Source of the DNA: Pseudomonas phage PaBG
Sequence record: KF147891.1
Length of the DNA: 64,000 nt
Strand: one strand, 5' to 3'
Positions within the stretch are counted from its first letter, which is position 1. Each line of letters begins with the position of its first letter. The position numbers and the translations under genes are program-made. The notes beneath the pieces are model-generated. The model made no database searches and had not been told where the DNA came from. It saw nothing but the letters and a program-made list of their open reading frames with translations. Below, one piece after another: positions 1 through 11,300 of the stretch.

Positions 1-640
1 GCTGCCGTCGAGCACTGACAGGCTTTCGTGCATGTGAACACGGCATCCGGAACCGACAGGGCCGTCAGTGCAGATGAATTGCTCGACTGCGACATTTGCG
101 GCGCGGAGCTTAACGTAGTCGTCGAATGTGAATACGGAGCGGTCGTCGTCCGAGGCCTTTTCGTGGGACTCTGCACCAGGCACTTGGACAAAAAACTCCC
201 CGTTGTTGCGTCCCATGTAGGCGATCATGTCCTCCATGAGTTCGTAGTAGCCGACCGTGGCAGGCAGCAGTACCGTCAGGTCGTGCTCATGCTTTGAAGC
301 GTTGGCGAGTGTGTTGAGGGTCTCAATCACGTTACGGCGGGTACGGTCATTCGCAAAACCGAGTTCCGGCGTAAGAATCACCATGCCCTTAACAGGGGCG
401 AGGTCTTGGTCTGGGACGTGATCTACGCCCAAGCAGACAATGTTCGAGATTTCCCATTGAGAGCGCAAGTGCTCAGACACGAACGCACGTGCGGTTGATG
501 CCAACGTGCCGATTACAAACAAGGTAGAGCGCACGTAATTCGGATCAGCGTACTCGTTAGCGCTGTCCTTCTTGTGCCCGATGATCCAGCCGTTGACTGT
601 GATCGAATACCGCTCTTTTGCGGCCGTGATGATTTGCATA
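1..640 (-). CDS. hypothetical protein, 3'-truncated by the window edge (N-terminus MQIITAAKERYSITVNGWIIGHKK...)
   Basis: Continuous minus-strand reading frame from ATG (complement of ~638-640) to position 1 with no stop. AGGAG Shine-Dalgarno 6 nt upstream. Not in the ORF track because it has no in-window stop. No recognisable motif. Confidence 0.45.
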
Positions 641-722
641 TGTAGCTCCTTCGCTTTTGCGATTGCGGATGCTTGGATACACGCACCAGACTGTGCCTAG
701 TGCGTGTGGTGTTGCCAACCGA

Positions 723-1565
723 TTACTCGGCGTCGATCATTGCCTGTGCAACGATACGGGTCCAGTTCTCGATCTTCGGGTTGTCGAGAATCTGACGTGC
801 GGTAGCCAGTGGACGTGCGAGCAGTTGTGCTTCACGCGGCACGGCAGTGATGCCGGACGGGATGTCGATGACGCTCACGATGCCCAGGTGCAGATGGCCG
901 ACATCGTCGCTCTGGTCCCAGATCAGGCCCTTGAACTTCGGCTCCAGCTTCGGGCGCTCGGTGAGTTCCACGCCGTTGCTGTCCAGCAGCAGAACTTCCT
1001 GATCGAACTCACGACCGGCGCTGATGCTCAGGGTTGCGACGACATCCACGGTGCTGTACGCTTCTTCGGTGATGTCGCCGAAATCTGCACCGTTCTCTTT
1101 GGCGACCAACTGCAGGTCACCCACGGACATGAAGTCGGCATGATCGACGTGGCCGCCGTAGCCGACACTGTCGTTACCTGCGAGGCGCGATTCACCGACA
1201 CCCTTGCCGCGCTGGTACATGAAGTAGTAGTACGTGCCTTCGATGATGGTGCGAAGAACGCGATACGGAAGCAGTTGCAGCTTGGTACGGTCGCCCAGGT
1301 AGTTGATCGGCGGGACGCGCTTGTAGTCAAGCTCGATGCCGTGCATGTTGGCGATGTGGTCGATCAGGCCGATGATTTCTTCGCGGCCGGTCTTGCGGTT
1401 GTCGAGTACGTCGCGCAGGCCGCTGATCAGGTGGGTACGAGTCGCTGCGAGGAAATCATCCTCGAATACGGAGTTGAACCCGTTACGCAGACCGAGCTGC
1501 TTGATGAACGGGAAGGCCTCAACGGCCAGAATGTGTTGTGGGTGCTTCATTCGATTGGCTTCCAT
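723..1565 (-). CDS. hypothetical protein (280 aa)
   Basis: Long minus-strand ORF in the coding-dense region. No family recognised by eye. GYGGHVDHADF segment noted but not assignable. Confidence 0.45.
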   Translation of the reverse strand: MEANRMKHPQHILAVEAFPFIKQLGLRNGFNSVFEDDFLAATRTHLISGLRDVLDNRKTGREEIIGLIDHIANMHGIELDYKRVPPINYLGDRTKLQLLPYRVLRTIIEGTYYYFMYQRGKGVGESRLAGNDSVGYGGHVDHADFMSVGDLQLVAKENGADFGDITEEAYSTVDVVATLSISAGREFDQEVLLLDSNGVELTERPKLEPKFKGLIWDQSDDVGHLHLGIVSVIDIPSGITAVPREAQLLARPLATARQILDNPKIENWTRIVAQAMIDAE

Positions 1566-1597
1566 GTTGGGTTGAACAGCGATACTCGTTTACAGTT

Positions 1598-1636
1598 CCG
1601 CAGAAACGAAAATGGGAACCCGAAGGCTCCCATTTT
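1598..1636 (-). terminator. intrinsic terminator: GGGAGCC-UUCG-GGUUCCC hairpin followed by a U-rich tract on the minus-strand RNA
   Basis: Plus-strand sequence aaaatgggaacccgaaggctcccatttt lies immediately 3' of the stop of the 1638..1919 gene. UUCG tetraloop and 7-bp GC-rich stem. A/T runs on both flanks, so it could be bidirectional. Confidence 0.55.
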
Positions 1637-1637
1637 C

Positions 1638-1919
1638 TTACGCTGTGGTCGTCGGTGCGCAGAGGACTTGCACACCCTGGAGAAAGAACGAGGTGATCTT
1701 CTCGTTGGCGTCGTTCTGAATGTGCATCAGCGCAGGCACGTCAGCATCGCCGTAGAACTTACCGACACCGCCCTTGAACGGATGCTTGGCGATGAACTCG
1801 TCCATTTCGGCGCGGGTCAGAACGATGGAGCTCACCGTGGACAGTGGGCCTTCGAGGTACGCCGCGTTGATGGCATCGATGACTTGCTGCACGATGCCAG
1901 TGTGGTTGTTGATTTCCAT
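1638..1919 (-). CDS. hypothetical protein (93 aa)
   Basis: Minus-strand ORF followed by a terminator hairpin. No motif. Confidence 0.4.
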   Translation of the reverse strand: MEINNHTGIVQQVIDAINAAYLEGPLSTVSSIVLTRAEMDEFIAKHPFKGGVGKFYGDADVPALMHIQNDANEKITSFFLQGVQVLCAPTTTA

Positions 1920-1940
1920 GGTTTACCTCTGGAGTGAATG

Positions 1941-2486
1941 TCAGCCGGCTACGGCATTCAGGAAGATCGTCGGGAGCATGTGTTCTTCGACATCGACGGC
2001 GAGAATGCGGGCCTGGCCATTGGTTTCACGAATCAGGCGCTCGGCCGCCAGGATGCCGTAGTAGTCAGCGATAGGGTCGCTGATGGTCTTGACTTCGTGG
2101 CGACTGTCACCGGAGCGTGCCGTTTCAGCAAAGCGGCTACGGTACGCCGAGAGCGTTGGGTACACGTCCGCCGCGTGGGCGTTGATGTCGCCAGGACCAG
2201 CAATGCCGAGCTGGACCATATGCTCGTTGGTCTGCACCTGCTCACGGACGCAGTCCATAAGCGGGTTGTCGCTGTCCGCGATCAGAGTGTACAGGACGGA
2301 CACGGAGAACATGCGGATGCCGGTGTGCATCGTGATTTCTTCGGCGAACGGAGAGTCCGTGAACTGGTGTTCTTTCGGAACTTCTCGCGCATACGCCTCA
2401 CGCACAGGAGCGGTTTTCTTCGGACCCGCCTTTACGGTAGCGGACTTGCTGGCGGCTTTACCTTGCTTCTTGTCTTGGTTACGCAT
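1941..2486 (-). CDS. hypothetical protein (181 aa), Lys-rich N-terminus
   Basis: Minus-strand ORF. Basic N-terminal 40 aa (KKQGKAASKSATVKAGPKK). Confidence 0.4.
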   Translation of the reverse strand: MRNQDKKQGKAASKSATVKAGPKKTAPVREAYAREVPKEHQFTDSPFAEEITMHTGIRMFSVSVLYTLIADSDNPLMDCVREQVQTNEHMVQLGIAGPGDINAHAADVYPTLSAYRSRFAETARSGDSRHEVKTISDPIADYYGILAAERLIRETNGQARILAVDVEEHMLPTIFLNAVAG

Positions 2487-2536
2487 TTCGATTACCTCAT
2501 GAGAGTTTCTTACGATTTACACTTCACTCTATGGTG

Positions 2537-3103
2537 CTAGTGCATGTGGACTTCCAACCAACTCGGCATTTCAGGCAACTCGCCGCGACGGATCAGTTCG
2601 ATGTCTAGGCGTGCCTTGCACAACTTCTGGACGAGCCGTTCCAGCAGATCGATTGCTTGGTTGAGTGTTGCTGGCCGAATCGGCGCTGGGTTTGCGCACA
2701 CGGTAATGCCGTACGCTCGGCGCCCTTCAAACTGCAACTCAACGAACTGCTGATGGACCGTTTCGACGCGCCCCAGGATAGCGATAAGAGCCGGGTCTTG
2801 CTGGTCAATGTCTATCTGGGCGAGAATGCCGAGTTCGTTCGCAATCGCAACAATCTCTCGGCCGGGGTCTTCCGACGGGGCCGGGTGTTTGCATTCCCGC
2901 AGATTTGCGATCTGCAAGGTGACGATGTTTATCTGATTGCGAACAGAGCGCAGTTCGTGCAGTACGGAGGAAAGCGATTGGTAGTAAGCCTGACCACGCG
3001 GACCACGCACGCCTTCATGTGTCAAACGCGCCCGTTCATCGATCAGCGCATCCAGCTTGGTGTACGCTGCATCCAGAAGTTTGTGAGCGTAGGAGATTTC
3101 CAT
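2537..3103 (-). CDS. hypothetical protein (188 aa)
   Basis: Minus-strand ORF, tightly spaced with neighbours. Confidence 0.4.
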   Translation of the reverse strand: MEISYAHKLLDAAYTKLDALIDERARLTHEGVRGPRGQAYYQSLSSVLHELRSVRNQINIVTLQIANLRECKHPAPSEDPGREIVAIANELGILAQIDIDQQDPALIAILGRVETVHQQFVELQFEGRRAYGITVCANPAPIRPATLNQAIDLLERLVQKLCKARLDIELIRRGELPEMPSWLEVHMH

Positions 3104-3106
3104 AGG

Positions 3107-3433
3107 TCACCCGACGAGTCGATTGGATTTGACCAACATGTGGCGAATTGCGTGCAGGGCACTTTTCACCTCGACATCTTCCAAGCGCATCATCACCAAA
3201 GCATCCGGCTCAAGCAGGCTAGCAAGCGCCTGGGCATGATCAAGCTCCAGAACGATCGGCTCATCTTGCTCCTCAGCAGGCGCGTATTTCACCGCGGTCT
3301 GATGCCAGCCGTCGCCGCTTCTTGGCTGGGCGTGACCAATAGGTTGCCAACCAGCAGCTAGGTGCTCACGCATTTCTCGATTCAGGTCAGCAATGGTTAT
3401 GCCGTGAACGACGCAGTAGTCAATGACTTTCAT
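3107..3433 (-). CDS. hypothetical protein (108 aa)
   Basis: Minus-strand ORF 3 nt downstream of the neighbouring gene. Confidence 0.35.
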   Translation of the reverse strand: MKVIDYCVVHGITIADLNREMREHLAAGWQPIGHAQPRSGDGWHQTAVKYAPAEEQDEPIVLELDHAQALASLLEPDALVMMRLEDVEVKSALHAIRHMLVKSNRLVG

Positions 3434-3437
3434 GGCG

Positions 3438-4106
3438 TCACGCTTTCGGACGGGTCACACCCGTCTGGCCCTGGTATTTACCGCCGCGATCCTTGTACGA
3501 GATTTCGCAGTCCTCGTCACTCTCGAAAAACAGCATCTGCGCCACACCTTCGTTCGCGTACACACGCGCCGGCAGGTTGGTAGTGTTGCTGAACTCCAGA
3601 GTCACATGACCTTCCCACTCAGGTTCCAGCGGCGTCACGTTGACGATGATACCACAGCGCGCGTAGGTGCTCTTACCCAAACACACCACGAGGACGTTGC
3701 GCGGAATGCGGAAGTATTCGACCGTGCGTGCCAGAGCGAAGCTGTTCGGCGGAATCAGGATGCTGTCAGCCTTAACCGGCTGCAGGCACTTGGGATCGAA
3801 GTTCTTCGGATCAACCACTGCGCTGTTGATGTTGGTGAAGACTTCCCACTCATCGGCAGCACGCACGTCATAACCATACGACGAGTTGCCGTACGAGATA
3901 ACGTGCTGACCGTCGATGTTGCGCACTTGCGACTCTTGAAAGGGTTCGATCATCGGGCGCCAGTCACGCTGCCACTGGCTGGAAATCATCGACTCGATTG
4001 GCTCTGCCAGATTACCTTCGCCGAAGTTTCGGTTGTTCTGGAAGAACAGTTGACGGGTCGGGTGGATGCTCTTGCGAGCGATCCACTTGTCGGGTTTGAT
4101 GCTCAT
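3438..4106 (-). CDS. dcd: dCTP deaminase (Dcd/dUTPase superfamily)
   Basis: Aligns by eye to E. coli Dcd over its whole length. Shared blocks include [20 protein letters not shown] and [42 protein letters not shown] (compare [43 protein letters not shown]), plus the C-terminal SY..GKYQGQ. Confidence 0.8.
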   Translation of the reverse strand: MSIKPDKWIARKSIHPTRQLFFQNNRNFGEGNLAEPIESMISSQWQRDWRPMIEPFQESQVRNIDGQHVISYGNSSYGYDVRAADEWEVFTNINSAVVDPKNFDPKCLQPVKADSILIPPNSFALARTVEYFRIPRNVLVVCLGKSTYARCGIIVNVTPLEPEWEGHVTLEFSNTTNLPARVYANEGVAQMLFFESDEDCEISYKDRGGKYQGQTGVTRPKA

Positions 4107-4130
4107 GTTATTCCTTTACGAATGATTAGG

Positions 4131-4571
4131 TCAGCGGTCGACGAATGGGCCGATCACCGCCTTTGGGTGGCTGATATACATTGGGTCGATCAATGACGAA
4201 TCTTCACAGGCCAGTACGTCCATGTACTGGAAGCGCAGATTGTTGCCAAGTTCGTTGTTCTCGAACACGGTGACACCACATACGGAACCGAGCATACCAC
4301 GCCAGCGCAGCGCCCGGTAACGACTGAGACGAAAGGCTGGAAACGCATGATGCAGCGAGACCAGTTCGTCAAACTTGTCCTTGGACATTTCCACGTGCCT
4401 GAGTCTGACACGTCCACACTCGTTCTTCAACGCTTGTCGCTGCCCGTGAGTACGGAAAGCCCTGACAAGAATATCTGCCGCATCTTCGTGGTGCTTCTGG
4501 TTGAACCGTAGCTCAACCTGGACAGTATTACTGCTTACGTCCATACGTACCGCCATGTTCGATTTCCCCAT
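4131..4571 (-). CDS. hypothetical protein (146 aa)
   Basis: Minus-strand ORF. Confidence 0.4.
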   Translation of the reverse strand: MGKSNMAVRMDVSSNTVQVELRFNQKHHEDAADILVRAFRTHGQRQALKNECGRVRLRHVEMSKDKFDELVSLHHAFPAFRLSRYRALRWRGMLGSVCGVTVFENNELGNNLRFQYMDVLACEDSSLIDPMYISHPKAVIGPFVDR

Positions 4572-4574
4572 TTG

Positions 4575-4835
4575 TCAGTTCTTCACAGTTTCGCTGACTG
4601 CCTTCTTATTGGCACAGTACAGCTCATACTTCCGAAGTTGTTCCAGCGCATTTTCGTAGCTAACCTTCTCGCCGATGGACTTCGTGTATTTCTCACGGAA
4701 GACGCAATGGCTTTCACCGACCACCGGAAAGCCTCCAACGGTCAGTGTGCAGACCGTGGTGGTGCCACGGTACTGGAAGGTTGTGTTCTCGATGAGACCA
4801 AGCAAGTAGTCCCTTGTTATCAGCTTTGCATCCAT
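4575..4835 (-). CDS. hypothetical small protein (86 aa)
   Basis: Minus-strand ORF overlapping the next gene by 16 nt. Confidence 0.35.
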   Translation of the reverse strand: MDAKLITRDYLLGLIENTTFQYRGTTTVCTLTVGGFPVVGESHCVFREKYTKSIGEKVSYENALEQLRKYELYCANKKAVSETVKN

Positions 4836-7294
4836 TTTTGTGTACTCTCGTTGAACTCTGTGGCGTTCCCGTTTGTCACGTCACCTGCTGCTATTGGCTC
4901 ACCCGGGAACTGGAACGGGAAGTTCCACTTATCCACAGCAGTTGCGAGCTTAGCACCCATTGAATAATAGGTGGCCCATGTGACCAAGTCCTTAGAGGTA
5001 GTTACGTCGTGATACTCGCCGTAGTCAACGATGCGTTCGACCGAATCAACAACAGGTGTGATGGTCGGGTCGCCAAACGTGAAGGCAATGTCCCGAGCGA
5101 GGTCGGCTTGGGCGCGGTCCGTCAGTCCAGAGTCAACGAGCAGTTCGTTGCGTCCGTACATCAGGCCTACTTCTGCCGCCAGCTTACCCAAGTCCGAGAC
5201 TTGTGTAGCTGCTTCTGTGGGAGATACATGTCCGAAGGTGTTGATGTATGCGCGGGCTCCTTGTTCTACCAAGAGTTTGGCTGGATCGGTTTCACGCGAC
5301 CAGCGTTCGATATTGCGTGCGGTCTGATACGGATGGATCAGGATGTTGCGTCCGTCGTAACCCATACCGGTTGCACTGTACAAGAACGAGCCGCCAGCTT
5401 TAAGCAGCGGGTTCTCGATCACTTCCAGCTGTATGGGCAGCGGGACGGTGACAGTGCTCGGACTGATGCCGGCAGCACGCAGGTCATCGGCCCAAAGACC
5501 ACCATTCAGCACGTCGCCTACAATGGCACCTGCATTCACCCTACGTCCAGATGCGGCTGACACAATGTTGTGCATACGCACGCCAGTGATGTCGCTGCCG
5601 ATGTTCGTCACTCGGTTGATCGCGGTGTTCTTCAGGTACTCTGGGTTGTTGCGGTAACGCTCAATCTGGCGAGCAATTGCAACCGGATCGTTCTGGTTAC
5701 CTGCGATACCCTTGATGAAGTCGGCCGCGTACTTCTTGAGCGTCATGTACCCGTCGAGTGTGCCAGTGCCGTTGCTGTTTACCAGTTGGTTGCGCAACGG
5801 GCCTTGCGACTGTGCGAACTGGGCAACCGAGTTGCGCAGCTTGTCCTGTGTTGCGAACAGATTGCTCGGAACACCAGAGCGGTCGATCGGGTTCACAGGG
5901 ACAATCGGGTTCTTGTTCCCGAATTCCTTGAGAGCGTTGAGCGTGTTCGATGCGCCCTGCGCAGCAGGCACGGCCTTGGGCGTTGCCGTCGATACAGCAG
6001 GCGGCGTAGCCACGGTTGTCTCAGCCTGTGCCACCTGCTCTTCGGCGAGGTTGATCGGGCCGTTGTTTGCCTTAGCGTTCTGCTGGCTGCTCGATTTCTC
6101 AGCACCTGCTGCACTGCTTTCGCCTGTCTCCATGACAGCGGGACGGTACAGGTAGTAGATTTCGCTGTACTTGTGACCAGCTTTGATCCACATGGTCTTG
6201 CCGCCAATCAACCATTTGCCACCGAGCGCCTTGGAAGGCTTGAACTCTTGGTTGTCTTGGTCAGCGTGTTGATACTCGCAGCAGTCGAACGTGGTGACTT
6301 CCGTGTACTCATCGGACAGCAGGTTGATGCGCTCGCTGAACAGCGCCAGATACCGAGCGTTCTGGTACAACGCCTTCTCGTAATACTGGTGCAAGTTGGA
6401 TGCAGGCGCAGGTTCAGTGCCTGTGTCGAAGCCAGTGTAGTTGACCTTGGCGCCACGTTCTGCGACTTGGCCGCGCACGTCCTCGTTCACAGGAAGCGCC
6501 GAACCCAGCAGAGGAGCGTCCAGTGTCAGGGTGTTCAACTGGCCGCTGTTATTCAAGCTGTGCTCGTACTGCTTCTGACCGTAGTTCATCATGTGCGTGC
6601 CGAAGCCCGCGGACGACGCATCCTGAGTTTCGCGGATCACGACCGGAGTAGCTTTCGCTGCCTCTTCGGACGTGTTCTGCAACATGCTCCACTTCGGCTC
6701 TTTCTTGAGCACGTCGAACAAATCCTTGTACTTCAACTCGTAGTCCATGGTGACCAAGCGCGCCATGCACGTCTGGTTGCTGCCATAGCCGCGCATCGCC
6801 ACGTCTTCGCTGAACGCGCTGCGAGTTTTGTTGACGTTCAACCACGTCATCACGTCATCCGTGGACGTAGGTCCGTCGTACTTCAACCCGGCGCGAGCGG
6901 CGAGCTGCCCCATGACAGAGCTGCTGGTGCCGCGGAACGATTCGGTGAACACACCTGCTGTCCACTTGGGTGCGTCGAGAATGCACGTCACCACGAGCTT
7001 TGGACCTGCTGCCGTCGTCTCTTTCTTGAAGGAGAACACCCTGAACTTGCGGGTCACCGTCTTCTCACGGGTCTTGGCGAGCTTGATCGTAACCAGCGTA
7101 CCATCCTGCAGGTTCATATCCTCGGACAGGGTGCCGCGCTGATCGTTCAGGATCATTTGCAGCACCGGAATCGGGATAGCGAACCCGTCTTGGATGAAGA
7201 TGGTGTCCACGAAGTTCATCGTCGGAGGGACTCTCGATCCCTCAATATCTAGCGTGCAGTACGCGATGTTCTGCACATCCAATGTCGCTTCCAT
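4820..7294 (-). CDS. large tail/baseplate structural protein (824 aa), possibly a baseplate hub-like protein with extended C-terminal domains
   Basis: Position two genes downstream of the tape-measure gene in the tail module. Size, and a central Ala/Pro/Thr-rich linker (ATPPAVSTATPKAVPAAQG) separating domains. No catalytic motif confirmed. Confidence 0.35.
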   Translation of the reverse strand: MEATLDVQNIAYCTLDIEGSRVPPTMNFVDTIFIQDGFAIPIPVLQMILNDQRGTLSEDMNLQDGTLVTIKLAKTREKTVTRKFRVFSFKKETTAAGPKLVVTCILDAPKWTAGVFTESFRGTSSSVMGQLAARAGLKYDGPTSTDDVMTWLNVNKTRSAFSEDVAMRGYGSNQTCMARLVTMDYELKYKDLFDVLKKEPKWSMLQNTSEEAAKATPVVIRETQDASSAGFGTHMMNYGQKQYEHSLNNSGQLNTLTLDAPLLGSALPVNEDVRGQVAERGAKVNYTGFDTGTEPAPASNLHQYYEKALYQNARYLALFSERINLLSDEYTEVTTFDCCEYQHADQDNQEFKPSKALGGKWLIGGKTMWIKAGHKYSEIYYLYRPAVMETGESSAAGAEKSSSQQNAKANNGPINLAEEQVAQAETTVATPPAVSTATPKAVPAAQGASNTLNALKEFGNKNPIVPVNPIDRSGVPSNLFATQDKLRNSVAQFAQSQGPLRNQLVNSNGTGTLDGYMTLKKYAADFIKGIAGNQNDPVAIARQIERYRNNPEYLKNTAINRVTNIGSDITGVRMHNIVSAASGRRVNAGAIVGDVLNGGLWADDLRAAGISPSTVTVPLPIQLEVIENPLLKAGGSFLYSATGMGYDGRNILIHPYQTARNIERWSRETDPAKLLVEQGARAYINTFGHVSPTEAATQVSDLGKLAAEVGLMYGRNELLVDSGLTDRAQADLARDIAFTFGDPTITPVVDSVERIVDYGEYHDVTTSKDLVTWATYYSMGAKLATAVDKWNFPFQFPGEPIAAGDVTNGNATEFNESTQKWMQS

Positions 7295-7295
7295 G

Positions 7296-7631
7296 TCAGA
7301 TGCTCACTATGCGATTGCCTGTGGGCTGTTCGGAAAGAATTCCGTTGAGGGCCGAAACAACCAGGGCGAGGTTCGGAATCTTTAGTCGCATGCCTTCCTT
7401 GACAGCGAACATGTCGGCGATGTCGTTGTAAATCTGGATGACTCGCCAGTATTCCTCGTTGAGGTAGGCGTTGTACGCGATCAAAGGCAAGTTGAACTGC
7501 TCACCAGCCTTGACCGTGTAATACTGGAACGAAGTTACGCCACGAATAGCCTCGAAAGACTTGTCGCGCAACGGGTCCACGCCAAACTCATCGATGACAG
7601 CAAAGGTTCGGGCGCGTGTGATGTCAGCCAT
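7296..7631 (-). CDS. LysM-like small tail protein (tail protein X-like)
   Basis: 111 aa. Segment YTVKAGEQFNLPLIAYNAYLNEEYWRVIQIYNDI...EGMRLKIP resembles the LysM / phage tail X pattern (V..GDTL..IA..YG....W..I...N......L..G..L.IP). Sits between tape-measure-adjacent genes. Confidence 0.35.
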   Translation of the reverse strand: MADITRARTFAVIDEFGVDPLRDKSFEAIRGVTSFQYYTVKAGEQFNLPLIAYNAYLNEEYWRVIQIYNDIADMFAVKEGMRLKIPNLALVVSALNGILSEQPTGNRIVSI

Positions 7632-8377
7632 TAAGCACCTCCACCAGCACCAGCGCCACCACCAAGAGAAGGAGCGAAGAATCGATCCAAGTCCTCCTGC
7701 GTTGTGGTGAAGAAGCTGATCACCGAGACGTTGATGGTCACGCCGATCGGATTACCTTCTCGGTCGAACTGGGTATCGAACGTCTCCGTCACGTTGTCGA
7801 TAATGCACGGTGACATCGTGAAGAACTGGCCGATGTTTACCGTAATCATATCGCCAGCTACGCCACCCGAATTCGGGGCACGCATGTACGGACCGGGCGC
7901 TCGCAGGAATTGCCCAGCGTATTCACTAGGCGCAACCAGCTTCATCAGGTCACGCATCTTCTTGACGACCTCTTCGCGCGGATTCTCATACGCCTGAATG
8001 ACGAATGGGATGTCCAGCTTCATCATCGAGCCGCCAGTCCACACGCCGCCCGACAGCCACTTGTTCAGAGTGGTGAAGCCGGTTGCCGCAGTTACGCCCG
8101 TAGACGCAATGTCAGCAGCTTTACCCGGAAGACCACCTGCACCTGTAGCGAAGTTGGACAGAGGTTGGTTGAACGGGTTATCCCACGACGTTGCAAGCGA
8201 GAGCATGTAGTTCTCAGGCAAGGGAGTGTCGATGCGGAGAAACTCCGCACCATCACGTTGCACGATTAGCTCTGCCCGATAGATCGGTGGGACGTTGGGT
8301 TTGACTGCACCTACGCGACCTGCGGGGTTTTCCGCAAAGAGCAACGTAGGCGAGTGCATACTTCCAATTTCTGCCAT
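7631..8377 (-). CDS. tail structural protein (248 aa), Gly-rich C-terminus
   Basis: Immediately downstream of the tape-measure gene with a 1-nt overlap. Ends in GGGAGAGGGA. Confidence 0.35.
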   Translation of the reverse strand: MAEIGSMHSPTLLFAENPAGRVGAVKPNVPPIYRAELIVQRDGAEFLRIDTPLPENYMLSLATSWDNPFNQPLSNFATGAGGLPGKAADIASTGVTAATGFTTLNKWLSGGVWTGGSMMKLDIPFVIQAYENPREEVVKKMRDLMKLVAPSEYAGQFLRAPGPYMRAPNSGGVAGDMITVNIGQFFTMSPCIIDNVTETFDTQFDREGNPIGVTINVSVISFFTTTQEDLDRFFAPSLGGGAGAGGGA

Positions 8378-11300
8378 CAGATATACCCCGTCTGGAGAAG
8401 TACCAGACCAGAATCGCTAATGACCGCAGGTGCGTCGTCCAGCGTCTGACGAATCGAGTTACCCTCAGATACGCCGCGCGCGGAGATACGCTCACCTGCA
8501 GGCTTAAAGCGATCAGGCATCATGGTATTTTGTTGTTTAGGCTCAAGCGCCATGACCGTCTTCACCGGCTCGTACGGAGTGCGCTCAACGGGCTCAGCGC
8601 TACCACCGACAGAGGTCACAGGACTAGGCGTTGCTGCTGCGGCTGTCGAAACAGCACCAGCGGGCACAGGTGCGGAAAGCGCACTCGCCTGCGGCGAAAC
8701 ATCTGACCCTGTGTAGAACCCAGGGTTGGCTGGGCTGTTCAATGGGACATTCTGTGACGACGCAGGCGCCGTAACAACTGGAGAGTTGGCTTGTGACGAC
8801 GGCAGCTGGGGCTTGTCCGCAGGGTTTGCAACTGGTGCGGTAGCCACGTCCGATGTAGTCTGCGAAGACAACGGAGACTGGTAGTTGGCAAACGGCACTG
8901 GAGGCGTCGAATTGATACCCTTACCGTTACCAGACATCGCAGAGTCGATTTGCGCCTGCGCACCAGCATACCCGGAAGCAATCTCGGACGCCCAGCCTTC
9001 AGGCAATCCCATACCTGCAATACCGCTCGCAACGCCTGCAACTGCACCAGCAACCTTGGACAACATACCGCTGCCGGTCTGCGTCGTTTGTGCTGCCAGA
9101 TTCGTCACATTGGGTACAGCAGGCATTGCAGAAGACACAGCACTCGTGGCCGCTGCCGTAGTCGCAAGCGCGGCAGCCGTCGTAGACATTGCTTGGTTTG
9201 CATCCGCCACGATTGGCTTAGCAGCATCCGCAGCGATCTGAGCAGCTTGTGTCGTTGCATCGGCGACGTTGACACCTGTGTCGGTTGCCTGAGTCGTCTT
9301 ACCTGTTGCCTGGTTCACCGCAGTTGCGACTGTGTTGCTGATCTGGTCTGGCGTAAGTGGCTTGTCGGACTGCACAGTAGCCGTCACTGGCTTGATCGAC
9401 GCAGCAGCTTGCGTGGCTGTTTGTCCAGAGTCGTTCGCCGCCATTGGGAAAACTAGAGGCGTTGTAGGTACAACGGATGCACCGGACACTGGAGCGTTTG
9501 CTTTGGCTGCTTCCGCTGCTGCCTGCTCTTCCGGGGTACCCGCGGCTGCATCATAGATTGCACCACCGGCTTCGGAACCTCCCCAGTACCCGAGGGCGCC
9601 ACCACCAAGACCTCCGATGAATCCGCCGATAGCCGCACCCGGGACAGCACCCACTCCGAAGAAGAAGGAGCCAATGCCGGCACCAAGGGCAGCACCGCCT
9701 GCGGCACCCGCCTTAGCACCAACAATCATACCGGCTGTGCCACCAGCAAGCTCACTGCCAGCGCGCTCTTTCTCGGCACGGGTGGCCTCTTCGTCCATCA
9801 GGATAGAAGCGCCTTCTGCTGCGGTGATAGCAGGCCCAACGTATGGGATTGCCTTACCGACGGTCCTAGCTGTGCCTTTAAGCAAGCCCTTGCCTGCGCC
9901 CTTCTCAGCAGCTTCTAAAACAGGAGCAGCCGCGGACGAAGCAGGCGTTGGCGTAACGCGCGGAGCCTCCAGATCAATCTTCGGAGGTGTCCGCGTCCGA
10001 GTCATGAAGTCGCCTGGGCCACCTACCCCGTCATCCGGAAGGGCGCCTGCTTCGGCAGTCGTCTCATCCGATTTCATCGGAGCGAGTAGCGGTGGGACAG
10101 TGGGTGTGGTGCTTGTTACTTCACCTGCAGGCTTCATCGGGGCGAGCATCGCCGGCACTTGCGGTGTCGTAGTAGAAGGATGACTAGCAGCCGCAGCTTG
10201 CGTGCCTGTCACACCCTCAGCGCCAGTCAGCGCTTCCTGTTTCTTCTCATCCTCACCATTCGCTTTGGCTTGCAGCTCTTGCGTGTTCAACGCCAGCAGC
10301 TTCGCCTTCTCCCGAGCTGTGCGGTTAGCAATCGACTGCTGTACGTTAGGTGCCGAGGATCGGAAATACTGACCGACTGTTGCGCGCTTGTAGTCCTGCA
10401 CGGCGATGATCAGGTCAGCATCGCTCATTCCAGCGACGTTTTTCCCTTTCAAAGCGTTGGCGATAATCGAGGTGCTACCGCCATACTGCACGCCTGTCGA
10501 GTACAGCATTTCCTGCACAGCCTTGCCGCGCGTGGACATATCGACACCGGTCGAACGGCTAACCTTCTCCAGCTGCGGCTGATAGTGCGTACGGGCAATG
10601 TAGTCGCCCTGCGCCTTCTCAAAGCCGGCTGCGTCGCGCTGTGCGATTTCACGGTACTTCTGCGTGAACTGGGCACTACCCGGCTGCATGCCTGCAAACT
10701 CGGCTGCATACTTCTGCCCTTCTTGGGAGTTCAGGAAGCGCGACATACTGCCGTTACGCGAAGCCAGCTGGTGCTTGCCATAAGACACGCCACCATGATC
10801 GCCCTTGCCGGACGAGACAGTGAACACGCCTTTGTTACCTGACTCTTCGGAAGCACTGATGCTGCCGAGACCGGAGTAGTTGACCGTACCAGACAGTACA
10901 GGGTTGTATCCGTAGTCGTTCTGCTTGCCTGCGGGGGTCGGGAACACACTGCCCTGAGAGGACTGAGAGGTCCAACCAGTGGGCATGTACGCGCCACCCG
11001 AGTACGGGTTGTACATCTGGTTCGCGTAGTGCTGCCACGGAACATTGCTACCCATACCGCCCATGGCACCCAACATGTGGGCACCGCCATTCATGGCTTG
11101 GCGCTTCGGGTCTATATCGGAGCCTTCTTCCTCGTCTCCAGTGATCCAGTCCCAAAGTTCGCTACCGCCATACGCTACACCGCCGAGCAGCGCTGCGATG
11201 GCTGCGGCTTTACCTCCGCGAGGCAGTTTGATGCGCGAACCAGCACCACCGCCTCCGATGCGAGCTTTGATCTTGTCCCACATACCTGGGGAACCAGCGC

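Noticed and set aside
28-297. Plus-strand ORF 28..297 (89 aa) at the window start.
   Set aside because: Fully overlapped by the stronger minus-strand ORF (1..640), which has a clear AGGAG-ATG start. The plus ORF has no ribosome-binding site.
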